64,000 nt of DNA from Nitrosopumilaceae archaeon (GTDB taxonomy: Archaea; Thermoproteota; Nitrososphaeria; Nitrososphaerales; Nitrosopumilaceae): assembly GCA_965214835.1 (NCBI GenBank), contig CBDCCK010000002.1:2880001-2944000 (forward strand), given 5' to 3'. Below the pieces are notes generated by a model. The model searched no databases, was not told the DNA's origin, and saw only the letters and a program-made list of their open reading frames with translations. Position 1 is the stretch's first letter, and the number at the start of each line of letters is the position of its first letter. Below, one piece after another: positions 29,654 through 40,620 of this stretch. Made by a program: the position numbers and the translations under genes.

Positions 29654-32600
29654 TCATGGAATCGTCATTCCAAACGGGCGCTCATAGTCGTTTCCGTTGT
29701 CGTCTGACGCGCTGATCCATAGCGCGTATGTCCCCGGGGCCAGGGACCCGGAGCTGAGCGTTACCGCTGCGGTGCCGTTGCCATGGTCTGCTACCGACAC
29801 GGACTCTGCCGGCAGCAGCACGTCTAGATGGACTGCGGTGATGGTAACGGCATCGCCCTCCGGATCCTGCGCGGTCACAGCAAACGTGGTGACTGCGTCC
29901 GTTATCACGATCGGTCCGTCATATGCGGCGCCGTCATGGTACAGCTCAAGGTCGGGCTCCTGGTTGTCGCCTGCCTTTTCATTTGCCGCGGCGGGGGGCG
30001 TATCGCCGGATGCCCTTGCAGACGAGCCCGATGCTGCATGCACCGGGCCCAGAGTGATGCCACGGGCGTCATCGATGTTGGCATCGGACAGCTCCACGCT
30101 CGTAGTCGCGTTGAGCCTTACGATGTTGTCGTCGTCCTTGTTTAGGACCAGGAGCATCTGGTGGCCGTCCAGCACTATGCCAAACGGCTCGTCAATCCCC
30201 GATGTCTCCTCGTTGATCAGGGAATTGTCCGCAACGTCGATCTCGTTTATCCTTCCCGAGTCATCTCCTGACATGTACAGGCTGGTGCCCGTCCCGTCAA
30301 ACCCCGTGCCGCAGTCAAGGCCGTATGCCTCGTGCGTGTTGGGTGACGAGGAGTCGATCTCGCCGATGTATGCGCCGTCCGATGCGTCATAGTACAGTAT
30401 CGCATCCCCCACGTAATCGGATACGTACATCCTGTCGTTGCAGAACACGACGTCTGTCGCCAGAACGACCGACGGTATGCTGCTTCCCCGCGGCGGCACT
30501 CTCAGCGCGTCGCCGAACAGCCCGTTGGAGTTGCCATACGAGTCAAAGGACTCGATGCCAAGCGCGTGTGCCACGTACAGCTGGCCGCCATGCCAGGTCA
30601 TTCCGCGCGGCTTGCTCTGCGGCGATGCCCAGGACGCATCTACCAGGGTCCCGTCGCCGCCGTCGTATGCCCTGATCTTGCCGTACCTGTAGTCGGATAC
30701 GTACAGGTCTCCGTCGAGTCCGAAGGCCAGGTCATACGGGCTGTCCAGCCCTCCGACGCCTGCGTCGACGAATGTTCCCGAGTACGTTCCGTCCTGCTGG
30801 TACACCAGGATGTCGTCGTCGTCCGTGTTTGCCACGTAGATGGAATATTCTGTCAGTGCCGTGGTCGTGGCGGTGTCGTCTGGATTGCCCGGCGCCCCCG
30901 TAATCCTGATGGCATCGACCATCAGGTCCTCAGACGAGCTGCTCGCCCTTGCCGTCAGTTTTATCTTGAACGTGTCGGTAAGGTGGCCTGTCAGGTCAAA
31001 CGTCTCGTGATGCCACGCGTCGTCGTCATCGACGTTTCCCTGCCAGTCAAACGCGCTGGTCCATGTCGTGCCGTTGTCTGACGATACGTCGACCCTGAGG
31101 TATTCCCCCGTATCGAGGCTGCGATCCACGTACCTGTACAGAGACAGCTCGGCAAACCCAAACCGTGCCAGGTCTACCGGCTCGGCCAGCGTCAGTATGC
31201 AGTCGCCGTCACAGTCGTCTGCCTCTGCGACAAGATTCGTCGCGGGATCCTGCCCGGGCGGATGCCCGCCCTCGTCAGGCGTTCCGACCCGCCAGTCGGG
31301 CTCGCCTGACTCTGTCCACGCGTCAAGCGAGTCAAAGTCGTCAGAGAACGCCGTCGGCACCTTCTGGCCGTGCACTATGACGTCGTCAATCTCCGCAAAC
31401 TCTGCCGGCTCGCTTGATCTTTCCAGGAACCTTACTGCAAACTGGCCGGTCAGGTACTGCTTTGGCAAGTCATGAGTGTGGCGGTGCCAGGTGTCGTCGT
31501 CCCCGTCCCCGTGCGTAAAGTCGTGCGAGTCGGCCCATGTCGTGCCGTTGTCGTGGCTTATGTGTACCCTCAGGTACTCCCCGCCGTCCATTCCGCTTGA
31601 GACGTACGCCCAAAAGCCAAATGACGCGTTAAGATACTCTGACAGATCGACTGCCGCCGTTCTGATGTGGCAGGATACGGCGCACGCGCCTGCGTGCGAG
31701 ACGTTGTTTGTCTGGCCGTGCCCGGGAACCGCGATCGTGTGGTTTCGGACTGCCCAGTCCCTTCCCGTGTCTGACTGAATCCACTGCGACAGGCCCGCAT
31801 CGAACCTGTCGATGAACGGGAACTCCATTGCGTTGACTGCGTTGACTAGGCCCGTTCCGTGCGTGTTGTTTTTTGGGTGGTAGTCCTTCGTGTTCTGCTC
31901 CAGCGCCTGCCGCACCTGATCGGGGGTATAGTGCGGGTTCTGCTCCTTGATCAGGGCCGCGACTCCCGCGACATGTGGCGTGGCCGCCGATGTTCCTGGA
32001 AAGAATGGATACGTGCTTGTCACTACCCAGTCAGGCCCTACGATGTCGGGCTTTGTCCTGCCGTCTGCCGTCGGTCCCCTGGATGAAAAGGCTTCCAGGC
32101 TCTCAGTGGAGTGGTGTACTGCTCCGGTCGTGACTGCGCCTTCTGCATCTCCTGGAATTGTTATGCTGCCTGCCGCAACCATGTGGGGCGCCTCGATTTC
32201 ATGGTTGAAGCTAATCAGCTTCAGGGTCTTGACTGCCGCGTTGCTTGCCTTTTCTACTCTTACCTCGTAGGTACCGGCAGACTGAACCGGATACAACAAG
32301 TACTCCACCGGATCATCATTTCCGTTTTGAATAGTCATACTACCTCTTACCATATGGTTTGTGCTGTTGTACAAGTACAAGTCATAGTTATTGCCGGATG
32401 ATCCCCAGGTATCATCCCAGGTTAATTCTAATTTTATTGTTCTATTTGCGGCAGACCAAATGTCTATACCGTCATCTGACACGCTAAAGTTATTCCAACT
32501 ATCCGAGTCCGGATCACTAAAGTTTCCGCTCCAGTGCTTGTTTGCAGCGTTTCCGGCTGATTTTATCCACGTAATGCCTGCATCACGCGCCTCGTTTATC

Positions 32601-33061
32601 TTCTGAGATGGCTCACTTGTGCCGTCGTAAGGTCCAATCCTAGGAATATACATGGACATTGTTACTATGTCGATGTCTCCGCGCTCTATGATGTGATCAA
32701 CCATCTCTGCGAATTTTCCAGTATTGAAATTATATAGATAAAGACTTGCGTTTGGCGCCACATCCAACACAATTTCTGCAACCCCGGTCCCATGATCAGT
32801 GGAGCCCCCCGCAGTTATGTCCGGAGTGTAACGAAAGGAGGTATGATTTGCGATGTTTGGCGCAATCTCGAGATTTGTCACGTTGAAGCCTATATCGATG
32901 ACCGCTATGTTGACTCCTTGGCCTGTGTATCCCATGCCGTTTACAAAATCAGATTCAATTGTTTGCACGCCCTGGGAGGTTATGTGACTTGCGTGCGCAG
33001 CCGTTGCTGCCAGAGACGTTGCAATCAGCACCGACAATAAAGTAATAACGCTAGACTTCAA
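29654..33061 (-). CDS. Large secreted S8 (subtilase) serine protease with PPC-like insert, two jelly-roll-like repeats, beta-propeller and Ig-like tail
   Basis: Catalytic triad motifs AVID, HGTGVAE, GTSAATPHVAG; FSSRGPT..GRTKPD. Likely TTG start at 33061 gives signal peptide MKSSVITLLSVLIATSLAATAAHA. Confidence 0.9.
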   Translation of the reverse strand: MKSSVITLLSVLIATSLAATAAHASHITSQGVQTIESDFVNGMGYTGQGVNIAVIDIGFNVTNLEIAPNIANHTSFRYTPDITAGGSTDHGTGVAEIVLDVAPNASLYLYNFNTGKFAEMVDHIIERGDIDIVTMSMYIPRIGPYDGTSEPSQKINEARDAGITWIKSAGNAANKHWSGNFSDPDSDSWNNFSVSDDGIDIWSAANRTIKLELTWDDTWGSSGNNYDLYLYNSTNHMVRGSMTIQNGNDDPVEYLLYPVQSAGTYEVRVEKASNAAVKTLKLISFNHEIEAPHMVAAGSITIPGDAEGAVTTGAVHHSTESLEAFSSRGPTADGRTKPDIVGPDWVVTSTYPFFPGTSAATPHVAGVAALIKEQNPHYTPDQVRQALEQNTKDYHPKNNTHGTGLVNAVNAMEFPFIDRFDAGLSQWIQSDTGRDWAVRNHTIAVPGHGQTNNVSHAGACAVSCHIRTAAVDLSEYLNASFGFWAYVSSGMDGGEYLRVHISHDNGTTWADSHDFTHGDGDDDTWHRHTHDLPKQYLTGQFAVRFLERSSEPAEFAEIDDVIVHGQKVPTAFSDDFDSLDAWTESGEPDWRVGTPDEGGHPPGQDPATNLVAEADDCDGDCILTLAEPVDLARFGFAELSLYRYVDRSLDTGEYLRVDVSSDNGTTWTSAFDWQGNVDDDDAWHHETFDLTGHLTDTFKIKLTARASSSSEDLMVDAIRITGAPGNPDDTATTTALTEYSIYVANTDDDDILVYQQDGTYSGTFVDAGVGGLDSPYDLAFGLDGDLYVSDYRYGKIRAYDGGDGTLVDASWASPQSKPRGMTWHGGQLYVAHALGIESFDSYGNSNGLFGDALRVPPRGSSIPSVVLATDVVFCNDRMYVSDYVGDAILYYDASDGAYIGEIDSSSPNTHEAYGLDCGTGFDGTGTSLYMSGDDSGRINEIDVADNSLINEETSGIDEPFGIVLDGHQMLLVLNKDDDNIVRLNATTSVELSDANIDDARGITLGPVHAASGSSARASGDTPPAAANEKAGDNQEPDLELYHDGAAYDGPIVITDAVTTFAVTAQDPEGDAVTITAVHLDVLLPAESVSVADHGNGTAAVTLSSGSLAPGTYALWISASDDNGNDYERPFGMTIP

Positions 33062-33704
33062 TTTTTTTCCTAGTCCATTTTCTTCTATAGTGTACAAACG
33101 TGGCAGTCAGAACTGCTGCAACGATAGTTGCAGCTATCATCGTGTTGAAGACGGCATCCATGTTTGTGTCTTCTTGTGGTATTGGTTGAGTTTGCGGTTG
33201 TGCTGTAACTGGATGCTCCTGTTTTATTTCCTCCTGTGTAGGTTCTAATTGCTGCTGCATTAATGAATCTGGGCCGGGTTCAGCTATTTCTAAGACGTTG
33301 TCTACATTATCAAGTTCTATTAGTCTAACCAAGTCAGAAGGTGAAATTAAAATCACCATCTCGTAGCCCCCGTAAGACAGATAACACGATTTTGCCACCA
33401 CGCCTAATGCCTTTGGTATTGTGCAGTCATCAGATTCGAACTCAACTAAAACATACAGCCTTTCACCATGAATGCTTTTTTCTGAGACATGCCTGCTCCC
33501 CATCACGCCGGTTTCCTCGTGCTCCAGATAAACCTGATACAGGCTATATGCAAGTCCGTTTCTTACGGCATCAGGTATGTCCTTTCGCACCTCGCCTAGT
33601 TCGGTCTCCGTGGAGTTGGTCTGGGCAAAGACAGGCGACATGATTAAAGGTATGAGCGTTAATAACAGCAACAGAACAGTCCTGTTTTTGTCCAACGTTG
33701 CCAT
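33051..33704 (-). CDS. Secreted, C-terminally anchored protein resembling a free-standing S8 propeptide (copy 1)
   Basis: Signal peptide; LYQVYL...LYVLVEF...ISPSDLVRLIELDNVDNV; Q/P-rich linker; TM and basic tail. Overlaps the protease start by 11 bp. Confidence 0.75.
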   Translation of the reverse strand: MATLDKNRTVLLLLLTLIPLIMSPVFAQTNSTETELGEVRKDIPDAVRNGLAYSLYQVYLEHEETGVMGSRHVSEKSIHGERLYVLVEFESDDCTIPKALGVVAKSCYLSYGGYEMVILISPSDLVRLIELDNVDNVLEIAEPGPDSLMQQQLEPTQEEIKQEHPVTAQPQTQPIPQEDTNMDAVFNTMIAATIVAAVLTATFVHYRRKWTRKKIEV

Positions 33705-33907
33705 TGTTGATACTGCATGGCTCTGCCTAATAAGATAGATCATCGCAGGTTCGTACTCTCATATACGAATTGTGGGATCCAGAAAGCAGTTCTCCCGTAA
33801 TGGGATGGCCCCTAGGCAGGATTGGAGTCACGGCCCTCTACCGAACATGTATGAAATTCGCATGTGACTGTGATCCTCGCGTCCAGATAATGACAGGTGC
33901 TGCCTGA

Positions 33908-35411
33908 TAGACTGTTGCATAACTCCGACTAGAGCCCAGCCAATCCTTCTGGATCACTACCGGTGCTCGGTTCCTACATGGCAGTCACCGCCTCTGCGAT
34001 CCACTTGTTGTACAGCCATATCCTCAGCTTTACCTCCTGCACTATGTTGGACCACTTGAGGGCCTTTACGTCCTCGCCGAACATGCGCTTTATGGCCGAT
34101 ATCACGATCTCGACGATCCATCTACTGCCAAAGCCGACCGTGCTCTTCCAGTACCGCAGGTTCTCCTGCCTCTCCTCCTTTGACAGGTTGCCCACCGGCA
34201 CCTCGGGGCCGCCCCCGAGCTGCCATCGCACCAGCCGGCCCCACTTGTCGCCGGCGCCCTTGCCCCTTGCAGTACAGCTTGTCAAAAGCCGTATGAGGGG
34301 CATTACGTCGTACTTGTAGCACTCGGCTACGTTCTTTCTAGAGCCGTATGCGCCGTCTGCAAGCAGGATCTTGCCAGGTGTAATCTGGTCCTCGCCGGTG
34401 CCGAGCATATCTAGCGGCGATCTCCCGTCTGCAAGCATGTTGGGGATCTTGATTGTATCCACGATGTCAGGGCAGTCCTGCTCCTCTTCCTTCTTGATGC
34501 TCTTGATTGTATCCACGATGTCAGGGCAGTCCTGCTCCTCTTCCTTCTTGATGCTCTTGATTGTATCCACGATGTCAGGGCAGTCCTGCTCCTCTTCCTT
34601 CTTGATGCTCTTGATTGTATCCACGATGTCAGGGCAGTCCTGCTCCTCTTCCTTCTTGATGCTCTTGATTGTATCCACGATGTCAGGGCAGTCCTGCTCC
34701 TCTTCCTTCTTGATGCTCTTGATTGTATCCACGATGTCAGGGCAGTCCTGCTCCTCTTCCTTCTTGATGCTCCTGGCCGCCTCCTCAAGCAGCGCAGGCA
34801 GCTCCGTGCTGTCGCCGACTGCCTCGCTTGTGACGGACACTGCCAGCACCTGCTTGGTGTCTGCGTCTACCATCAGGTGCATCTTGACGAACCCGCGCCT
34901 TACCTTCCATTTCTTGCGTATCCACTCGCCCCGGTTGTGCTGCTTGAGGCCCGTGGCATCGGCTATCATGACCAGGTTGTTGGACTTGTCGCGCACGGTA
35001 ATTATGTGCTCTGCAATGTCGACGTCAAGCTTCTGCATCCTCCTGAATATCGTGGTATAGCACGGCGAGTCCATACCCCTTAGCATTTCCCCGAACATGC
35101 CTGACAGCTGCCTGTACGGTATCATCAATGCGGTCCTGAGGGCGGCCGCGGCCATTATCATGCCTTCCGCGTACAGGAACGGGGCGCCCTCCTTGTGGCG
35201 GTTGGCATCCTTGAGATCCTTCTCCCAGCCGGGGTCGTGCTTGACGACCAGGCCGGCTCCCCTCTCTACGTACTTTGCGTTATCCGTGTGTGTCAACTGA
35301 TACCATACAAGGCATCCTCATGATCCATTACTTTTTCGGCCAAGTTTCGTTGATCATTATGGTGATTTTCGGTCAAGTTTCAGATTTTAGGCAGGGTTAT
35401 GCAACAGTCTA
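33908..35411 (-). mobile_element. IS5-family (IS903-like) element; open 440-aa transposase at 33974-35296
   Basis: TIR TAGACTGTTGCATAAC; 8-bp direct flank CTGCCTGA; ADATGLK...RGEW, LADGAY, RWIVE. Confidence 0.9.
34447..34772. repeat. Six perfect tandem copies of a 54-bp unit, in frame inside the transposase
   Basis: Encodes (SIKKEEEQDCPDIVDTIK)6. Confidence 0.97.
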
Positions 35412-35657
35412 CTGCCTGATCAACGCCTGTCATTCCGCGCTTAAATCATCAGACGCATGGCGATGGCAGTGTCCCTTGGGAGGTTCGTCACAATGGCCAG
35501 CGCCATCCGCAACAAGTCACAAGAACACGGCAGCTCGGATATCCTCATTCAATAGGTAGTACGCGAAGCACATGCATAACGAGGGGCTGATCCGTCATCA
35601 CGACTACGGCAAGAGTGTTTTTATCATGTGTTCAACAAACTAAGAGAAACAACACGA

Positions 35658-37416
35658 GACCTTATGCGTAAACGACCGGATCGAAATATTCCGACGGTGG
35701 CCGACCACACATGCAAGGCTGACGGCATCACATGACGTGTATGAGCGCGGTAAAGTCCGCATGTCGTATATCTACGGATCATTACAGCTGGTAAAAACTA
35801 CAATGTCGTGCAGCATCGTGTGGCGCCGCAATGCGCTCCGTATCGTGATATCAGAACCCACGCGTGAGCTTCTTGTTCCGCTTGTCCCACAACAGCCTAA
35901 AGTTGGCAAGCCCGGCCGTCACCTGGAACTCCCTGTCGAACTCCTCGGCGGTCCCGTCGTACGGATCACGCATCCGCTTGTACTGCTTGATGCGCCCTAT
36001 GGTGTGCTCTACTGTCACCCTCTTGCTGCTTATCCTCCTGTTCTGCGCCTTCTGTTTCTTTGTAAGCTTGCCCCCCCTTGGCTTCTTGTTAGGTTGCATT
36101 GATATGACTCCCGGGTACAGATTCTTGATTCCCACGTATCCCAGGTCCGAGAGCAGTTTTACCTTCTCGTCCTCGGGGTGCTTTCTGTTGCTGCGCATCC
36201 TGGCAGTCAGGGCTCCCAGATCCGGGGGGTTGTTCTTTATCATGGTGAGATCGTGCGCGCTTCCGGGCGCCGACTCGCTTGCATGCATCGCCAGTCCCGT
36301 CTGGTCTGCAATCACCCGGGGTGTTGCGCGTAAAGTCCTTCTTCTTGCCCGAGTACGCCCCCCTTTCTTGGCTCCTTGTCCGAGGGGCGCTGTATTTTGA
36401 TGTGCGTGCCGTCTACCATTATGGTCAGATCCGGGACGATCTTCTTGACCTCCTTGATCGTACGGGCGTTTCGTATCTTCTGAGATATGGTGTCCGGCGT
36501 GGGCAGTATCTTGAGAAATATCATGTCGCAATACTTGAGGTACCTGCATACCGTACTCTGGTCTATGCCAAAGAACGCCGCAAGCTGCTCCTGCGTCGGG
36601 TTTCCGTACTTGCGCATCAGCGACATCAGCAGGGCGTGACGGTAGGACAGCTTGCACCGGTTTCCGGGCCCGTCGTCCTCGTCCTCTGAAAACAGGGGTG
36701 CCCTCCGTATGCTCTTTGGCAAGCTCCGTAAACCGGTCGGATATATGGTCAAACTGGCGGCGGTCCATCGACGTGGTGGACTGCAGGGATTCGCCGCCGA
36801 TTATGTCCTCGAGCACCTCGAGCCTGTGCATGAAGGCGGCATTGTTTACGGTACGCCTGTCGTCATCCCAGGTTGCGGGCCACATCCGGCGCTCGGTGTC
36901 CAGCCGCTGCTCCAGCTGCCCTATCCTCTCCTGATCCTTCTCGTGCCTCCTGTCGTCCTGCCTGCTCTTTCTTTCGTACTCTCTGATCTTCTTTCTGTAC
37001 TGCATCCTCTCCTTCCTGCCCCGCGCCTTCTCCTTCTTGTCCTTCCTGATCCTTCTCGTGCCTCTTGATCCTCTTCTCGTACTTCTTGATCTTCTTTTTG
37101 TCCCGCGCCTTCTCCTTCCTGTCCTGCTTAGTCCTCTTCTCGTACTCTCTGATCTTCTTTTTGTCCCGCGCCTTCTCCTTCCTGTCCTGCTCGATCCTCT
37201 TCCTCAGCCGTTGTATCAGCTCGTCCTTGTACTCTGACATCACCCTTGTGTGGGAATGGATCCCGGATCTAAATCAACCGGATGAAAATACTTGCAGGTT
37301 TGATCAAATATTTTCAACGTAATGAGGTACAGTCACGCGTGCGCTGGCCCTGACTCGCCCCATTTGTAGCCCGTGCGCCGGGGGCATCGCCGCTAATTTC
37401 GTTTACGCATAAGGTC
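35658..37416 (-). mobile_element. IS5-family (ISL2-like) full-length element, transposase frameshifted
   Basis: TIR GACCTTATGCGTAAACGA at both ends; long K/E/R-rich repetitive N-terminus followed by HTH and DDE_Tnp_4 motifs. Confidence 0.9.
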
Positions 37417-37930
37417 TACGTTAAAATACGGTACATGACACTATGTGATTATGGTCACAATATGTTTTGAAAACGCAGGAATACAAAACCCCGAAAATTC
37501 CCGTGAATTGGTCATTGATGATTCGAAAGGAGCAGATGAAAGAAGAATAATCAGATGTTCTAATGATAATGGGGATGCAAATGCCGATCCCGGATACACT
37601 ATAGCGTTATCAGACAATGATATATTGAGGCTTGCCAAACAACTACTTCATTGTGTCAACAACCGGACGTAGTCCGACTCGTCTGTTATCCGCACAACCT
37701 ATCTTCAACATTTTCAATACAAGTCATGCCTGCTCCCTTCCCTCGTTCCCAGTGACGATGATGGTGACGGTGACTTTTGTGACGACGCAATGACGGATCT
37801 AATCTTATCGTGCAGACGCTTGTCGCCTGTCATATTTCATATCATCCCGGCTGATTTGCGGATCTTGGCTGCCGTCCAGTTCACACTGAAACCCGAGTCT
37901 TTCCAGCCAGAGAGCCCCGCATGATGCCGC

Positions 37931-38173
37931 TCAAAACTTTAGCCATGGCAACTTTCTCAGTCCGTCAAAGAACTGCTCGTAGATCTCTGATTCCATATGG
38001 CTGTCTCCCGAAAAATTCTCAATTATGTCCAGTGTCTCATCGATCACCTGCATCAGCTCGATCTCCTGTTCCGTTGTAAGATGCTCGTGACACATTGCCA
38101 GCAGTTTGACATTCTGCAGGCGGGACTTGAGATGTTCAAGCCTTAGCGTACCTCCCGGAGGTGATAACGACAT
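37931..38173 (-). CDS. Hypothetical protein (paralog of 7772-8122), probably 5'-truncated
   Basis: HEHLTTEQEIELMQVIDETLDIIENF...EIYEQFFDGLRKLPWL aligns with YENLSVNQQLELVRIIDQRLYVLENF...EVYKQFFADLKGLQWL. Confidence 0.6.
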   Translation of the reverse strand: MSLSPPGGTLRLEHLKSRLQNVKLLAMCHEHLTTEQEIELMQVIDETLDIIENFSGDSHMESEIYEQFFDGLRKLPWLKF

Positions 38174-38218
38174 TCTGGCACACGCATCACTTTCTGACGT
38201 TTTAATGTCTTTGAAAAC

Positions 38219-38400
38219 TGATCTGGATCCCGTATTTTCGAACCACTTTTTGGGCGTTTTTGCGTAGTTCTGGCATCATCTGCCTGCCTCCCTTTGGTGC
38301 CGTACGATGAACTCCATCGGAGTGAGATATCTAAGCGAGGAGCGTATTCTATCATGATTACAGTCCCTAAAGGCCTCCTTTATGACGTCTGTCGGCGTCC
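38219..38400 (-). mobile_element. IS3-family end remnant
   Basis: Near-identical to 43858-44030. Confidence 0.8.
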
Positions 38401-38429
38401 GTCCGTGGCAATTGCGCCGTAGGCCACAG

Positions 38430-38700
38430 TCCTGCGGCGGCGTTGTTCTCAAAGGTGGCGCGCTCAAGCAGCTTGCCCGAGTCGTCCTTTATTGCAACGA
38501 CGCACCTCTTCTTGTGAACGTCTATTCCTACGTTGATCATGTTATCACCTCCTTTTTGATCAAAATGCCTGATCTGGGCGGAATCTCCCATTCACCGTCT
38601 GTGCGGTACGTTGCTTTCCGCCTACCGTTACGGGTCAGTCTATAGGACACCCTTGATGCGCGTGGTAAGTGACAATCGACCCTCAGGCCCAACAACAATA
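38430..38700 (-). mobile_element. IS110-family remnant: recombinase N-terminus plus upstream non-coding end
   Basis: MINVGIDVHKKRCVVAIKDDSGKLL (GIDVHK motif), ATG at 38540. Confidence 0.75.
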
Positions 38701-38714
38701 ATAGCATATCACTG

Positions 38715-39310
38715 GATATAGATAAGATTTCATATAGCGTCTATAGACCTGTCGGATACTGCCATTCCTGAAAACGTAATGTGGAATGACGACATCAAAA
38801 AGCGAGCGATTAACGAAACCCTCTCCAGCCTTATCGAAATAGCCCAGGCGAAATATAATGAAAGGGGGTTGCTCAACGCGCTGGTGGTTCTAGACGAGGC
38901 CCACAGGTATGCTCCGAGGGAGCACACCGATGATCCAGCCGTCAATTTGCTAAAAAACACGCTGAAGGATGCTGTGCGGGAGACGCGCAAGTTCGGTTTG
39001 GACTGGATGCTGATAAACCAGTCAATTGCAGGACTAGACAGGGAACTCATCAACCAAATGGGAATGTATTTCTTTGGATACGGTCTGATATACGGCGCGG
39101 AAAGGCAAGCGTTGATGGAATTGATCGGAGGGCATGAATCGGCCGCCCGGCTTTATGCGCAATTCAAGGATCCAGCAAGACGCTCCAGCCACGTTCGTAC
39201 TCGTTCATGAGCGTTGGCCCGTCATCGCCAATGTCGTTTTCACAGGCTCCGCTTTTTTTCAATGCCATCCAGTATCCTAGTGAGTACGTACAAGCCAACA
39301 TAGTAAACTA
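38715..39310 (+). pseudogene. HerA/DUF87-type ATPase C-terminal fragment
   Basis: LVVLDEAHRYAP, ETRKFGL, INQS; no N-terminus; frameshift near 39190. Confidence 0.7.
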
Positions 39311-39328
39311 GGCATGGTCATGGGTGGG

Positions 39329-40620
39329 TGTATAGTCCGAAAAGTAGTTCACCCCTTCTCCGAGTGTGTAAAGTCGGTCAGGACCAGATGTGCCAGCTTG
39401 ACCCACACTGGAAGCACGGGTGTGTGGGTCTGGCGACGAAAGCTCCGTAAATACGTGAGCCCTGGGCACCCAAACGGCATGAAGCTAGAGAAAAGCCAGG
39501 TGGAATGGATAGTGAGGGAAAAGAAAAAGGGCGAGCTTACCAACGCCCGGACAGCCGGAACCATGGACGTGACGGTACGGTGGGTCCAGAAGCTGTGGGC
39601 CAGGCACAAAGGCCGCCCTACGGCAAGTGAGATATCGCATCCTGCGCCAATGGGAAGGCCCCAGAACGGCCTGCCAGGGGGGGGTTGTCGCCTAATTCGC
39701 CAGAATCCCTGAAAACCATTGAGTTGCCATATGGATCAGGCGTGTAAAAGGGCGGAAATTCAGAAAAACATGCAGGTTGAGTCAAATAAGTAGAATTAGG
39801 CGACAACCCCCCCCTGCCAGGACGCAGAGAGCACTCTGCAGTCATGTCTGCCAGACATGCAGAACACATGGGGGCTGCCGGACTGCAGCGGCGCATAGCA
39901 GAGCAGACCGGAATCCATATCACGCATGGCATCATACACAAGATACTGAGGGACGAGGAGATGGCAGAGGTACAGCCCAACAAGGGTACGAGGCACAGGT
40001 GGATCCGCTACGAGCGCGAGTACTCAAACTCGCTGTGGCATACGGACTGGAAGCAGATCCACGGCGGAATGCACGACGGCAGATGGTTCCTGTGCTACGA
40101 GGATGATGCCTCCAGGTTTGTGACCGGATACGGCATCTTTGATAACGCCACGGCCAGGAACGCCCTGGCCGTGCTTGAGACGGCAATGGAAAGGCACGGT
40201 AAGCCGGCCTCAATCATGACAGACCACGGCAGCCAGTTCTATGCCAACGAGGAGACGGCAAAAAAGAGGGGGGAAGGCGAGTTTGAGAAGGATCTGGTGA
40301 ATCTGGGAATACGGCAGATCCTGGCAGGCGTGGGACGTCCACAGACCAACGGAAAGGTCGAGCGCCTCCACGGGGAGATCCAGCGCAAGCTGCACGAGTT
40401 CGAGGAGATCATGATGAGAAAGAGCGACCCGATAGACCTGTTCATGCAGTGGTACAATCATGACAGGCCCCACAGGTCGCTGGACTGGGACAACCAGGAG
40501 ACGCCCGCACAGGCATTTCTCAGAAAGATGCCCAAGGAGGGGGAAACCGTTATTGACGGGCAGACAGGGGAGGAGTATGATGTCAGATAAGGGGGGGCGA
40601 ACTACTTTCTGGATCCCACA
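39329..40620 (+). mobile_element. IS481-family element interrupted by MITE C
   Basis: TGT...ACA ends with CCGAAAAGTAGTTC-type TIR; WHTDWK, DDASR, TDHGSQF, PQTNGKVER; 17-bp direct flank. Confidence 0.88.
39679..39812. mobile_element. MITE family C (134 bp)
   Basis: TIR GGGGGGTTGTCGCCTAATT; 9-bp TSD CCTGCCAGG. Confidence 0.88.

Noticed and set aside
34447-34772. Regular 54-bp periodicity as a CRISPR array
   Set aside because: Units are identical with no spacers and lie in frame in a transposase.
36960-37240. K/E/R-rich repeats as a separate repeat protein
   Set aside because: They are the frameshifted coiled-coil N-terminus of the IS5 transposase inside its TIRs.
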